Source: an uncultured Bacteroidota bacterium
GTDB taxonomy: Bacteria > Bacteroidota > Bacteroidia > Flavobacteriales > Flavobacteriaceae
Length of the DNA: 64,000 nucleotides
Direction: 5' to 3'
Assembly (NCBI GenBank): GCA_902622575.1
Contig: CACNQJ010000001.1
Location: 10,896-74,895, forward strand
Shown here: positions 10,101-19,156 of the stretch, in pieces
How the letters are laid out: each line of letters begins with the position of its first letter
Position numbering within the stretch: position 1 is the first letter of the stretch
Position numbers and translations under genes: made by a program
The notes under the pieces: generated by a model
The model's database searches: none
What the model was told of the DNA's origin: nothing
The model's input: only the letters and a program-made list of their open reading frames with translations

Positions 10101-11012
10101 TTAGCTATTTTTTAATATGTCTTTCAATGAAAAAACTGTTCTGTAGCCCTTTTTTTGAAAATATTCTTTAGAATTATTAGGGCCAGCTGCCAATACAAAA
10201 TCACCTCCCCATGCACCTAAACTTTTAATCTCACCTTTGTAATCATTAAATAAAATAGTTTTTATCATTTTTCTTTTCAGTTCAGTTGACAGGATTTTTT
10301 CATGTTCAACAATTAAATTTTGAAAACTATTAAGATTCTTACATTCAACTATTTTTTCAGTTATTGATGATATTAATTTTATCGTTTTTTCACTGACCTT
10401 TATATTAGTGTTAAAATAGTCGACTTCATCCTCACTTTTTTGTTTCTTGTTCATGTAAATAAAAAATAAGTTATCATGAAATATTGGATCAAATATAATT
10501 TCATGATACTTAGGTTCATCATTTATTAATTCATAAATAATTGGACCATTTGCTATTGCAGATGCAATGTCATATCCACTTCCGTTTGATACCATAGTGT
10601 GAAGTTTAAATGGGTTTATGTTTGCCCATTTTGAAATATTACTTATTAAAGTAGATGATGATCCAAGCCCCCAACTTCTTTTGAAATTCATTCTCGAAAC
10701 AACTTTAAATCCTGAGTTGGTTTTTAAAAAATTTGGATTGATTTTTTTAGTGCTACAAAGTAATTTCTTTAAAAATAATGTTTCTTTATTTTTCGTGCTT
10801 AAAATTTTTAGATTACTCAAATCAAAAGTTGCTTCAATCCATGGATCATTATTTTTATCATAGCTGACCCAGATCAATTTACTCTCTTTTATGCCCTCAA
10901 TTTTTAGGGTTTGATAAAATTTGGTTGGAATACTCAGAGATTTAGCACCTTTTAAGACAAAATACTCTCCAGTAATTAAAAGTTTTCCATGACTTTTAAA
11001 AATCGAGTTCAT
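10101..11012 (-). CDS. GYDIA-family GHMP kinase (candidate mevalonate-pathway kinase)
   Basis: 303 aa with KLLITGEYFVLKG, GLGSSSTL and the family-naming GSGYDIASAI motif. It overlaps the HMG-CoA reductase stop by 17 nt. Confidence 0.8.
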   Translation of the reverse strand: MNSIFKSHGKLLITGEYFVLKGAKSLSIPTKFYQTLKIEGIKESKLIWVSYDKNNDPWIEATFDLSNLKILSTKNKETLFLKKLLCSTKKINPNFLKTNSGFKVVSRMNFKRSWGLGSSSTLISNISKWANINPFKLHTMVSNGSGYDIASAIANGPIIYELINDEPKYHEIIFDPIFHDNLFFIYMNKKQKSEDEVDYFNTNIKVSEKTIKLISSITEKIVECKNLNSFQNLIVEHEKILSTELKRKMIKTILFNDYKGEIKSLGAWGGDFVLAAGPNNSKEYFQKKGYRTVFSLKDILKNS

Positions 11013-12315
11013 TTTTTTTCAATTTATTTAATGCATCTTCAACATCTCTAAAACTAACTTTATGTTTTTTAAAATATTCAATCAAAATTTTTTTTTCACT
11101 CTCATTAGCACTTAATGAGTTTAATATATTAATTAGGTGCATTTTCATGTGTCCAAGTTGAATACCCGAGGTTATTAAAGACCTAATTGCAGCAAAATTT
11201 TGTGCCAGACCTGCAACTGAAATAATTTTCATTAATTCAGATCCTGATGGATTTTTTAATAATTTCAGACACCATTTAACTAATGGATGAAGGTTTGTAA
11301 TACCTCCTACACTTCCAATAGCTAAAGGAATTTCTATCCAGTAAACAAATTCATCATTTTCAATAGCTGCATGTGTGAGGCTTGAGTATACCCCGTCCTT
11401 TGAGGCATATGCATGGGTGCATGCCTCAACTGCTCTAAAATCATTTCCTGTAGCAATAACGACTGAATCAATTCCATTCATAATTCCTTTGTTATGAGTA
11501 ACTGCTCTATTGATATCTTTTTTGGCAATTTCAATTGCATCAACAAATCTTTGAGCAAATTTTAAAGGATCAACAATATCATCACTTTTTAATTCATCAA
11601 CTTTACACCTTACTTGAGATTTAACTATACATTCAGGAACATAATTAGATAAAATACTCATTAATATTTCAATACCATCATTTTTTTCAAAATAGTCTGA
11701 TTCATTAAATTCAGTTTCAAATGTTTTTGCATATTGTTCTAAACAAGAATTAATAAAATTTGCACCCATTGAGTCTGCAGTATTAAACTCAGAGTTCAGC
11801 TGATAGTAATTTTTTATTGAACTTGTCTTGTCAATTAATTCAATATTTAAAATACCACCACCTCTTTTTTCCATATTTTTTGTGAGGCCTGAACATTCAG
11901 ATATTAATTTAATCTTAATACTTTCAAAAAACTTGAAAAGTTTTTCTTTAGATCCATTGTATTTGAAGTGAACTTGTCCAGTTTTAATTGTGTCTATAAT
12001 TTCAGTTCTAAAACCACCTCTTTTGGACCAGTATTTAGCAGCTTTACAAGCTGCAGCAACTACTGAGCTTTCCTCAGTTGCCATTGGAATAGTATAATTT
12101 TTATTATCAATTATAAAATTAGGAGCAATACCAAGAGGAAGAAAAAAATTAGAAATTGTATTTTCAGAAAATTCATCATGAATTTTCTGGAGTTCCTCGT
12201 CATTAGACCAGTATTTTTTAAGAATATCAGAATCTATTTTTGATGAATTAAAAAAATTGTCAATTACCCAATCAATTTTTTCACTCTTATTTAGTTTTGA
12301 AAAACCTTCTTTCAT
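10996..12315 (-). CDS. mvaA: Hydroxymethylglutaryl-CoA reductase, class II
   Basis: Class II HMGR-like segments are PMATEESSVVAAA, DSMGANFIN, THNKGIMNGIDSVVIATGNDFRA and LAQNFAAIRSL. I prefer the ATG at 12315 (MKEGFSKL) because the track's TTG at 12327 lies inside a promoter box. Confidence 0.9.
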   Translation of the reverse strand: MKEGFSKLNKSEKIDWVIDNFFNSSKIDSDILKKYWSNDEELQKIHDEFSENTISNFFLPLGIAPNFIIDNKNYTIPMATEESSVVAAACKAAKYWSKRGGFRTEIIDTIKTGQVHFKYNGSKEKLFKFFESIKIKLISECSGLTKNMEKRGGGILNIELIDKTSSIKNYYQLNSEFNTADSMGANFINSCLEQYAKTFETEFNESDYFEKNDGIEILMSILSNYVPECIVKSQVRCKVDELKSDDIVDPLKFAQRFVDAIEIAKKDINRAVTHNKGIMNGIDSVVIATGNDFRAVEACTHAYASKDGVYSSLTHAAIENDEFVYWIEIPLAIGSVGGITNLHPLVKWCLKLLKNPSGSELMKIISVAGLAQNFAAIRSLITSGIQLGHMKMHLINILNSLSANESEKKILIEYFKKHKVSFRDVEDALNKLKKNELDF

Positions 12316-12324
12316 AGAATTAAA

Positions 12325-12332
12325 CAAAGATA
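12325..12332 (-). promoter_or_regulatory. Bacteroidota -7 promoter box TAnnTTTG (TATCTTTG) for HMG-CoA reductase
   Basis: Exact consensus match on the minus strand, 9 nt upstream of the ATG at 12315. Confidence 0.5.
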
Positions 12333-12390
12333 ACTATTGTAATATTCTTTTAATAAACATATATTTAAAAGGAAATCCTCAGCATAATTT

Positions 12391-13932
12391 ATGACCAAAA
12401 TCATACATCAGAGATTTTTTTTTAATCTTCTAGTTCTATCGATTTTTTATTTTACTGCCTGTGATACTAAAGTTCAAAAAGAGGACAAGCCTAATGTAAT
12501 TTATATCTTAGCAGATGATCTTGGTTATGGTGAATTGGGTGTGTATGGTCAAAAAATCATTGAAACTCCTAATATAGATGCCTTAGCAAATAATGGGTTA
12601 TTATTTACTAATCATTATACTGGCTCACCGGTTTGCGCACCTGCAAGAAGTGTACTAATGACAGGTCAACATTCAGGTCATACCCACATAAGAAATAATG
12701 GTGAGTGGTCGGAGAGAGGTGATGTTTGGAGTTTTGAAGCAATGTTTAAAGATCCCTCGCTAGAGGGTCAACGACCTCTTCCTGACTCTACTATAACAGT
12801 AGCAAAAGTTTTCAAAGACAATGGTTATAAAACTGGGATGGTAGGAAAATGGGGTTTAGGTGCTCCCCACACTAACAGCATACCAAATTTGATGGGTTTT
12901 GATTTTTTCTATGGATATAATTGTCAAAGACAAGCTCACACATTTTACCCTACACATTTATGGAAAAATACTGAAAAGGATATTTTAAATAATTATATAG
13001 TTACCAAACAAGAAGGTCTTGAAGATGGAGCTGATATAAATTCTGAGGACAGCTATAATAAATATAATCAAGCTGATTATTCAGCTACATTAATGCAAAA
13101 GGAAGCTCTAAATTTTATTGAAGAGAATAAAGATTCAAATTTTTTTCTTTATTATGCTTCACCGATTCCACACTTACCTTTGCAAGCCCCAAAAGAATGG
13201 GTTGATTATTACAGAGAAAAAATCGGACCTGAAAAACCTTATGTTGGCAGATCCTATTATCCCAATCAATTTCCTAAAGCGACATATGCTGCGATGATTT
13301 CTTACTTAGATAAACAAGTTGGAGAAATCGTTGAGAAGCTTAAAGAAATTGGAAAATATAATAACACTTTAATAATTTTTACTAGCGATAATGGACCAAC
13401 ACATGTTAAACAAGTCGATATAGATTATTTTAACAGCGCAGGTATATTAAATGGTGATAGAAATAGAGTTAAAGGAAGAGTTTATGAGGGTGGAATCAGA
13501 GTTCCAATGATAGCGCACTGGCCGAATAAAATAAAAAGTGAGAGAGTAACTAATCATGTTTCTGCATTCCAAGATTTTTATGCGACCGTTGTTGATATTT
13601 TAGAATTAAATAAACCTAGTTATATTGACGGATTGAGTTTTCTTCCTTTGTTAAATAATAAAAACCAAGAAAAACATGATTATCTGTACTGGGAGTTTTC
13701 TACACAAAGTGGTCAACAAGCAGTAAGATATGGAAAATGGAAGGGAATTAAAACTAATTTACAAAAGGGACCACAAACTTTACAATTATATAATCTTGAA
13801 GATGATATTCGTGAATTAAAAAATGTATCTAATGAAAATCCTGAAATAGTTAAAAAAATAGAATCAATTATTTTAAATGCAAGAACGACACCTTCTCTTG
13901 AAAAATTTAAAATCAAAGCTTTAGATAATTAA
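12391..13932 (+). CDS. Cys-type sulfatase (arylsulfatase / N-acetyl-hexosamine sulfatase-like), lipoprotein
   Basis: 513 aa with leader ...FYFTACDT and ADDLGYGELG. The FGly target motif is C-A-P-A-R in SPVCAPARSVLMTGQ (12634-12648), followed by FTSDNGP. Confidence 0.9.
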   Translation: MTKIIHQRFFFNLLVLSIFYFTACDTKVQKEDKPNVIYILADDLGYGELGVYGQKIIETPNIDALANNGLLFTNHYTGSPVCAPARSVLMTGQHSGHTHIRNNGEWSERGDVWSFEAMFKDPSLEGQRPLPDSTITVAKVFKDNGYKTGMVGKWGLGAPHTNSIPNLMGFDFFYGYNCQRQAHTFYPTHLWKNTEKDILNNYIVTKQEGLEDGADINSEDSYNKYNQADYSATLMQKEALNFIEENKDSNFFLYYASPIPHLPLQAPKEWVDYYREKIGPEKPYVGRSYYPNQFPKATYAAMISYLDKQVGEIVEKLKEIGKYNNTLIIFTSDNGPTHVKQVDIDYFNSAGILNGDRNRVKGRVYEGGIRVPMIAHWPNKIKSERVTNHVSAFQDFYATVVDILELNKPSYIDGLSFLPLLNNKNQEKHDYLYWEFSTQSGQQAVRYGKWKGIKTNLQKGPQTLQLYNLEDDIRELKNVSNENPEIVKKIESIILNARTTPSLEKFKIKALDN

Positions 13933-13933
13933 A

Positions 13934-14767
13934 ATGACAAACACTATAGTAGTATTAGCAGCTGGAATGTCTTCCAGAATGAAAAAATCTGTTGATTTAA
14001 AAATCGATAATAAAAAAGCGGATGAGGCAAACAATAAGAGCAAATCACTAATTACTTTCAACAACAAACCATTCATATATTTTCTTCTAAAAAACATAAT
14101 AGATGCAGGTTTTGAAAACGTAATTATGGTTGTTGGAAAAGATTTTGATGACTTTAAAAAACAAATTGATTTTTTACAATTATCATCTAAATTAAATGTT
14201 AAATATGCTGTACAAAAAATTCCTAGTGATAGAGTAAAGCCATTTGGAACAGCTGATGCCGTTTACCAAACAATGGAACAGATTGATGAATTACAGACAA
14301 CAAGTTTTTGTATTTGTAATAGTGATAATTTATATTCTACATCATCACTAAAAATTATAAGGGAAAATAACTATGAAAACGCAGTTTTAGCATATGATAG
14401 GGATTCGCTTGATTTTCCTAAGGACAGGGTGTCTTCATTCTCCATTCTGATGATGGACCAAGAGTTTAATTTGGTTAATTTCATTGAAAAACCAACACCT
14501 GAACAAGTAGCTAAAAACTTAGATGAAAATGGTAAAATCAGAGTCAGTATGAATATTTTTAAATTTAATGGAGAACAGGCATTTGATTTTATTAAAAATT
14601 GTCCAATAAATCCAATAAGGATTGAAAAAGAATTACCATCTGCTATTGTAAACATGATTTCAAATGAATCATTATATATGAGAGGAATTCCAATTGCGGA
14701 ACACGTACCAGATTTAACATCTAAATCAGACATCGTTACAATTCAAAAATTAATTGATTCTAATTAA
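13934..14767 (+). CDS. Sugar-phosphate nucleotidyltransferase family protein
   Basis: 277 aa. It has the N-terminal VVLAAGMSSRMK signature of NTP-transferase folds and FGTADAV. It starts 1 nt after the sulfatase stop. Confidence 0.7.
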   Translation: MTNTIVVLAAGMSSRMKKSVDLKIDNKKADEANNKSKSLITFNNKPFIYFLLKNIIDAGFENVIMVVGKDFDDFKKQIDFLQLSSKLNVKYAVQKIPSDRVKPFGTADAVYQTMEQIDELQTTSFCICNSDNLYSTSSLKIIRENNYENAVLAYDRDSLDFPKDRVSSFSILMMDQEFNLVNFIEKPTPEQVAKNLDENGKIRVSMNIFKFNGEQAFDFIKNCPINPIRIEKELPSAIVNMISNESLYMRGIPIAEHVPDLTSKSDIVTIQKLIDSN

Positions 14768-14799
14768 TTAGTGGTAAAATTATTTTCTAAATTTAAAGA

Positions 14800-16584
14800 G
14801 TGATAGAGTTAAGCTTAATAGATAAAATTATTATACTGTTCTTTTTTGTTTTAGTATTAACTATTGGTTTTGCTGTTTCAAAAAAATCATCTAAAAATAC
14901 AACTGAGTATTTTCTTTCTGGCCGAACCTTACCTTGGTGGCTTTTAGGATTATCAATGGTGGCTACAACCTTTTCAACTGATACTCCAAATTTAGTTACT
15001 GATATTGTGAGAACAAATGGTGTTTCAGGAAATTGGGTTTGGTGGGTATTTCTTTTAACAGGCCTTTTAACGGTCTTTGTTTATGCAAAATTGTGGAGAA
15101 GATCTGATGTGTCTACTGACATGGAGTTTTATGAGCTAAGATACAGTGGAAAAGCCGGTAGATTTTTAAGAGGTTTTAGATCGGTTTATTTGGGTATAAT
15201 TTTTAATGTTTTAGCGATGGCTGGAGTAACGTTAGCAGCTATTAAAATTGGTGCTATAATGCTTGATTTGTCAGCTGTAGAAACTGTTCTCTATGCTGGA
15301 GGAGTAACACTTGTGTTTAGTACTGTGGGAGGATTTAGGGGAGTAGTATATACCGATTTTATTTTATTTTTTACTGCTATGGCTGGATCAATTGGTGCTG
15401 CAGTTTATCTTGTAAATCTTCCGGAAGTCGGAGGTATTGATGCCGTTATAAATAACGAAAGTATAGCTGATAAAATATCTATGTTTCCCGATTTATCAGA
15501 TAAAGAGACTCTTTGGACATTATTGATAATTCCATTTGCTGTTCAATGGTGGAGCTCATGGTATCCCGGCGCTGAGCCAGGTGGTGGTGGTTATATAGCT
15601 CAAAGAATGCTGGCAGCAAAAAATGAGAATCATGCTTTAGGTGCCACTCTGTTTTTTAATGTTATGCACTATGCTTTAAGACCTTGGCCATGGATTATTG
15701 TTGCACTTGCATCATTAGTGGTATTTCCTGACATTGATTCAATTAGCCAAGCATTTCCCAATATTGCTAAAGATAAATTGGGGCAAGATTTAGCCTATCC
15801 TGCAATGCTTACTAAGCTACCTAAAGGTCTTCTTGGATTGGTGCTTGCATCACTCGTATCAGCTTACATGTCTACAATTTCAACTCATTTAAACTGGGGA
15901 TCGTCCTATGTGGTTAATGATTTTTATTTACAATTAATAAACAAAGATGCTTCTCAAAAAGAGTTGGTCAATGTCGGAAGGATTTCAGTAATCATCTTAA
16001 TGATTTTGAGTTCTTTAATTGCAATTTCTCTTAATAATGCACTGCAATTATTTGATATTATCTTGATGTTTGGAGCTGGAACTGGATCTATATTTATTTT
16101 AAGATGGTTCTGGTGGAGAATCAATGCTTGGAGTGAAATTGCTGCCATGTTAAGCTCAGGAATAATTTCTTATTTATTAACTAAAGAATGTATTTTTAAT
16201 TTAATTTTTAATGAAGATGGATTACCTGTTTATATGAAGTTTCCATTCATTGTTGTTGTAACGACTTTGATATGGTTGCTCGTAACATTTATTACTCCAG
16301 CTGATGACAATGAAACACTAGTTAAGTTTTACAATAAGACAAAACCAGGTGGGCCAGGTTGGAGTCATGTTGTTGATAATAATAATATTGATGTGAATAA
16401 GGCAGAGTGGGTTATCCCTCAAGGCATTCTTTGTATGATTATAGGCTGTTTAGCTATTTATTCTGCTCTATTTTCAACTGGCTACTTTATTTACGGTGAA
16501 TACGATTCAGCATTCTTATTTTTAGCTACAACAATAATTTCATCGATTTTATTATTCAAAAATGCAAAAAAAATTATGTTTTAA
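14800..16584 (+). CDS. Sodium:solute symporter family transporter
   Basis: 594 aa and polytopic, with GTG start. SSS-like segments are YFLSGRTLPWWLLGLSMVATTFSTDTP and GGFRGVVYTDF. Confidence 0.85.
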   Translation: MIELSLIDKIIILFFFVLVLTIGFAVSKKSSKNTTEYFLSGRTLPWWLLGLSMVATTFSTDTPNLVTDIVRTNGVSGNWVWWVFLLTGLLTVFVYAKLWRRSDVSTDMEFYELRYSGKAGRFLRGFRSVYLGIIFNVLAMAGVTLAAIKIGAIMLDLSAVETVLYAGGVTLVFSTVGGFRGVVYTDFILFFTAMAGSIGAAVYLVNLPEVGGIDAVINNESIADKISMFPDLSDKETLWTLLIIPFAVQWWSSWYPGAEPGGGGYIAQRMLAAKNENHALGATLFFNVMHYALRPWPWIIVALASLVVFPDIDSISQAFPNIAKDKLGQDLAYPAMLTKLPKGLLGLVLASLVSAYMSTISTHLNWGSSYVVNDFYLQLINKDASQKELVNVGRISVIILMILSSLIAISLNNALQLFDIILMFGAGTGSIFILRWFWWRINAWSEIAAMLSSGIISYLLTKECIFNLIFNEDGLPVYMKFPFIVVVTTLIWLLVTFITPADDNETLVKFYNKTKPGGPGWSHVVDNNNIDVNKAEWVIPQGILCMIIGCLAIYSALFSTGYFIYGEYDSAFLFLATTIISSILLFKNAKKIMF

Positions 16585-16586
16585 TA

Positions 16587-18494
16587 ATGAGTAGTAAAAT
16601 CAAATACAAAAATCCAGGATCTTCCTCAATAACTCGCTTTGAAAGAATACACACTGTAATTTTCAATCATAAAGAAAATGCAGAAATATTAGTAGCTGAG
16701 GAAATCAAAAATCTAATTGAAAAAAATAATAAAAAAGGTAAAAAGACTGTTTTGGGTCTAGCAACTGGTTCGTCACCATTAGGTGTATATAAAAAATTGA
16801 TTGATTTACATAAAAAAGAACGATTTACCTTCAAAAATGTAATCACATTTAACTTAGATGAATACTATGGGTTGAAAAAAGACCATAAGGAAAGTTACCA
16901 TCATTTTATGGATGAAAAACTTTTCAAACATATCGATATTAATAGAAATAATATTCATATACCTGACGGTGAGTTGGATAAAAAGAGTATTGATAAATTT
17001 TGTAAAGATTATGAAAAAAAGATTAAATCATGTGGTGGAATTGATATACAAATTTTAGGAATTGGAGCTAATGGACATGTAGGATTTAATGAGCCAGGTT
17101 CAAATTTAAATTCAGTTACAAGATTGGTTAAGCTAGATTATAAAACAAGAAAAGATGCTAGGCTAAATTTTAATGGTATCAAAAATGTTCCATCCTCAGC
17201 AATCACAACTGGAATAAAAACAATTTTAAGTTCCAAAAGGATAATTTTAATTGCTTGGGGGCAAGCTAAGGCAGAGGCTATAAAAAATGCAGTTGAATCA
17301 CGCCAAAATGTAAAAGTACCAGCCAGTCTTTTACAATTACATGAAAATGTAACATTTGTTTTAGATAAGTCTTCTTCCTCACTACTTACACGAATATCTC
17401 AACCGTGGCAAGTTGGTCAACAAGATTTTGATAATGAAATGATAACAAGAGCTATACATTGGCTTTCAATAAAAACTAAAAAACCAATTCTGAGATTAAC
17501 TGAAAAAGATTATAACCAGAATAATTTATCAGACCTTTTGGTTGATAAGTCTCACTATGATCTGAATTTAGATATTTTTAATAAACTGCAAAGAACAATC
17601 ACGGGTTGGCCTGGTGGAAAACCTAATGCTGATGATACTCATCGACCAGAGAGGAAGAATCCAGCAAAAAAGAGAGTAATAATCTTCAGTCCACATCCCG
17701 ATGATGATGTTGTCTCAATGGGTGGCACATTTGATAGATTAGTAAATCAAGGTCATGAGGTTCATGTTGCATATCAAACATCAGGTAACATTGCTGTATC
17801 AAATGAGGAAGTTTTAAAATTTGTAGAATTATATGAGGATTTTTTTGGTAGGTCTTCAAAACTTACAGATGATATAAAATCATTACTTTTTGATGAAAAA
17901 AAGATAATCAAAGACTCGAGAATTAGAAAAATTGCCTCACTAATTAGAGAAAAAGAATCTTTAGCAGCTACGAGATTCATTGGTTTAAGTGATTCTAACG
18001 TACATTTTTTAAGCCTACCTTTTTATGAAACTGGAAAAATAAAGAAGAATAAGCCAACATTTGCAGATTTAAATATTATGTGTGATTTAATTAAATCAAT
18101 AAAACCTCATCAAATTTTTGCTGCTGGCGACCTAGCTGACCCTCATGGAACTCATAAAGTTTGTATAAATCTATTATTTGATTGCTTAAATAAATTAAAA
18201 AAACTTGATTTTATGAAAGAGTGCTGGGTTTGGCTGTATCGTGGTGCTTGGCATGAGTGGGAATCACATGAGATAGATATGGCAGTTCCACTTAGTCCCG
18301 AACAAGTTTTGAGAAAAAGAAGAGCCATTTTCTATCATCAATCCCAAAATAATAATGTTATGTTCCAGGGCGATGATGAAAGAGAATTTTGGCAAAGAGT
18401 AGAGGACAGAAATAGAGAAATTGCAATTATATATAATGAACTGGGAATGGCGGATTACCAAGCAATGGAAACTTTTAGAAGATATCATTTCTAA
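16587..18494 (+). CDS. nagB: Glucosamine-6-phosphate deaminase fused to an LmbE/PIG-L-like deacetylase domain
   Basis: 635 aa. The N-terminal half is NagB-like (GLATGSSPLGVYK, FNLDEYYGL, LGIGANGHVGFNEPGS). The C-terminal half has LmbE-type motifs (IFSPHPDDDVVSMGG, DPHGTHKVC). Confidence 0.85.
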   Translation: MSSKIKYKNPGSSSITRFERIHTVIFNHKENAEILVAEEIKNLIEKNNKKGKKTVLGLATGSSPLGVYKKLIDLHKKERFTFKNVITFNLDEYYGLKKDHKESYHHFMDEKLFKHIDINRNNIHIPDGELDKKSIDKFCKDYEKKIKSCGGIDIQILGIGANGHVGFNEPGSNLNSVTRLVKLDYKTRKDARLNFNGIKNVPSSAITTGIKTILSSKRIILIAWGQAKAEAIKNAVESRQNVKVPASLLQLHENVTFVLDKSSSSLLTRISQPWQVGQQDFDNEMITRAIHWLSIKTKKPILRLTEKDYNQNNLSDLLVDKSHYDLNLDIFNKLQRTITGWPGGKPNADDTHRPERKNPAKKRVIIFSPHPDDDVVSMGGTFDRLVNQGHEVHVAYQTSGNIAVSNEEVLKFVELYEDFFGRSSKLTDDIKSLLFDEKKIIKDSRIRKIASLIREKESLAATRFIGLSDSNVHFLSLPFYETGKIKKNKPTFADLNIMCDLIKSIKPHQIFAAGDLADPHGTHKVCINLLFDCLNKLKKLDFMKECWVWLYRGAWHEWESHEIDMAVPLSPEQVLRKRRAIFYHQSQNNNVMFQGDDEREFWQRVEDRNREIAIIYNELGMADYQAMETFRRYHF

Positions 18495-18500
18495 ATTTTT

Positions 18501-19127
18501 ATGGATTTCATAAAAGAGGCCTGCGTTGATACTGTTAAAGATGCTGTTAATGCATTTAGCTCAGGTGCAGACCGTATTGAGTTTTGTTCAAACCTAGATC
18601 AAGATGGTCTTAGCCCAAAAACAGATGATTTAATATTAATAAAAAAACTAGTATCTATTCCTATTAGAGTTATGATACGACCACACTCGAAATCATTTGT
18701 TTATAATGAAATGGATATTGAAACAATGAAGAATAAAATAGATTTATGTAAGCAACACGATTTTGATGGTGTGGTTTTTGGATGTTTAAATAAAGACAAT
18801 GAGCTTAATATGAATTTGATAAAAGATTTAGCAAATTATGCGAAACCACTCAATGTTATAATTCACAAGGCAATAGACATTACCCTATCTCCCATTGAAT
18901 CTCTGAAAAAATTAATAAAATTAAAAACTATTAATGGTGTTTTGAGTTCAGGTGGTGCCGCAAACGCTGAGATGGGCTCAAATACTTTAAAACAAATGGT
19001 TGAACTTTCACCTAAAAATTTTGAAATTATTGTTGCAGGCAAGGTTACTAAAGTGAATCTTGAATTAATACATAAAAAAATAGGCTCCTCTTTTTATCAT
19101 GGCAGAAAAATCGTTGGAGAATTATAA
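18501..19127 (+). CDS. cutC: CutC-family protein
   Basis: 208 aa. It begins KEACVDTV, with GADRIEFCSNLDQDGLSP, IRVMIRP, HKAID and LSSGG, as in CutC. Confidence 0.8.
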   Translation: MDFIKEACVDTVKDAVNAFSSGADRIEFCSNLDQDGLSPKTDDLILIKKLVSIPIRVMIRPHSKSFVYNEMDIETMKNKIDLCKQHDFDGVVFGCLNKDNELNMNLIKDLANYAKPLNVIIHKAIDITLSPIESLKKLIKLKTINGVLSSGGAANAEMGSNTLKQMVELSPKNFEIIVAGKVTKVNLELIHKKIGSSFYHGRKIVGEL

Positions 19128-19156
19128 TTAAATAAATACATTTAAAAAAAATTAAG

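Noticed and set aside
12355-12362. Near-consensus boxes ending in A instead of G (TATATTTA or TAAATTTA) upstream of the sulfatase, the SSS at 14800, the Gfo/Idh/MocA gene and the orphan lipoprotein.
   Set aside because: They do not match TAnnTTTG exactly, and such near-matches are common in AT-rich DNA. I have not listed them as features, though some may be real promoters.
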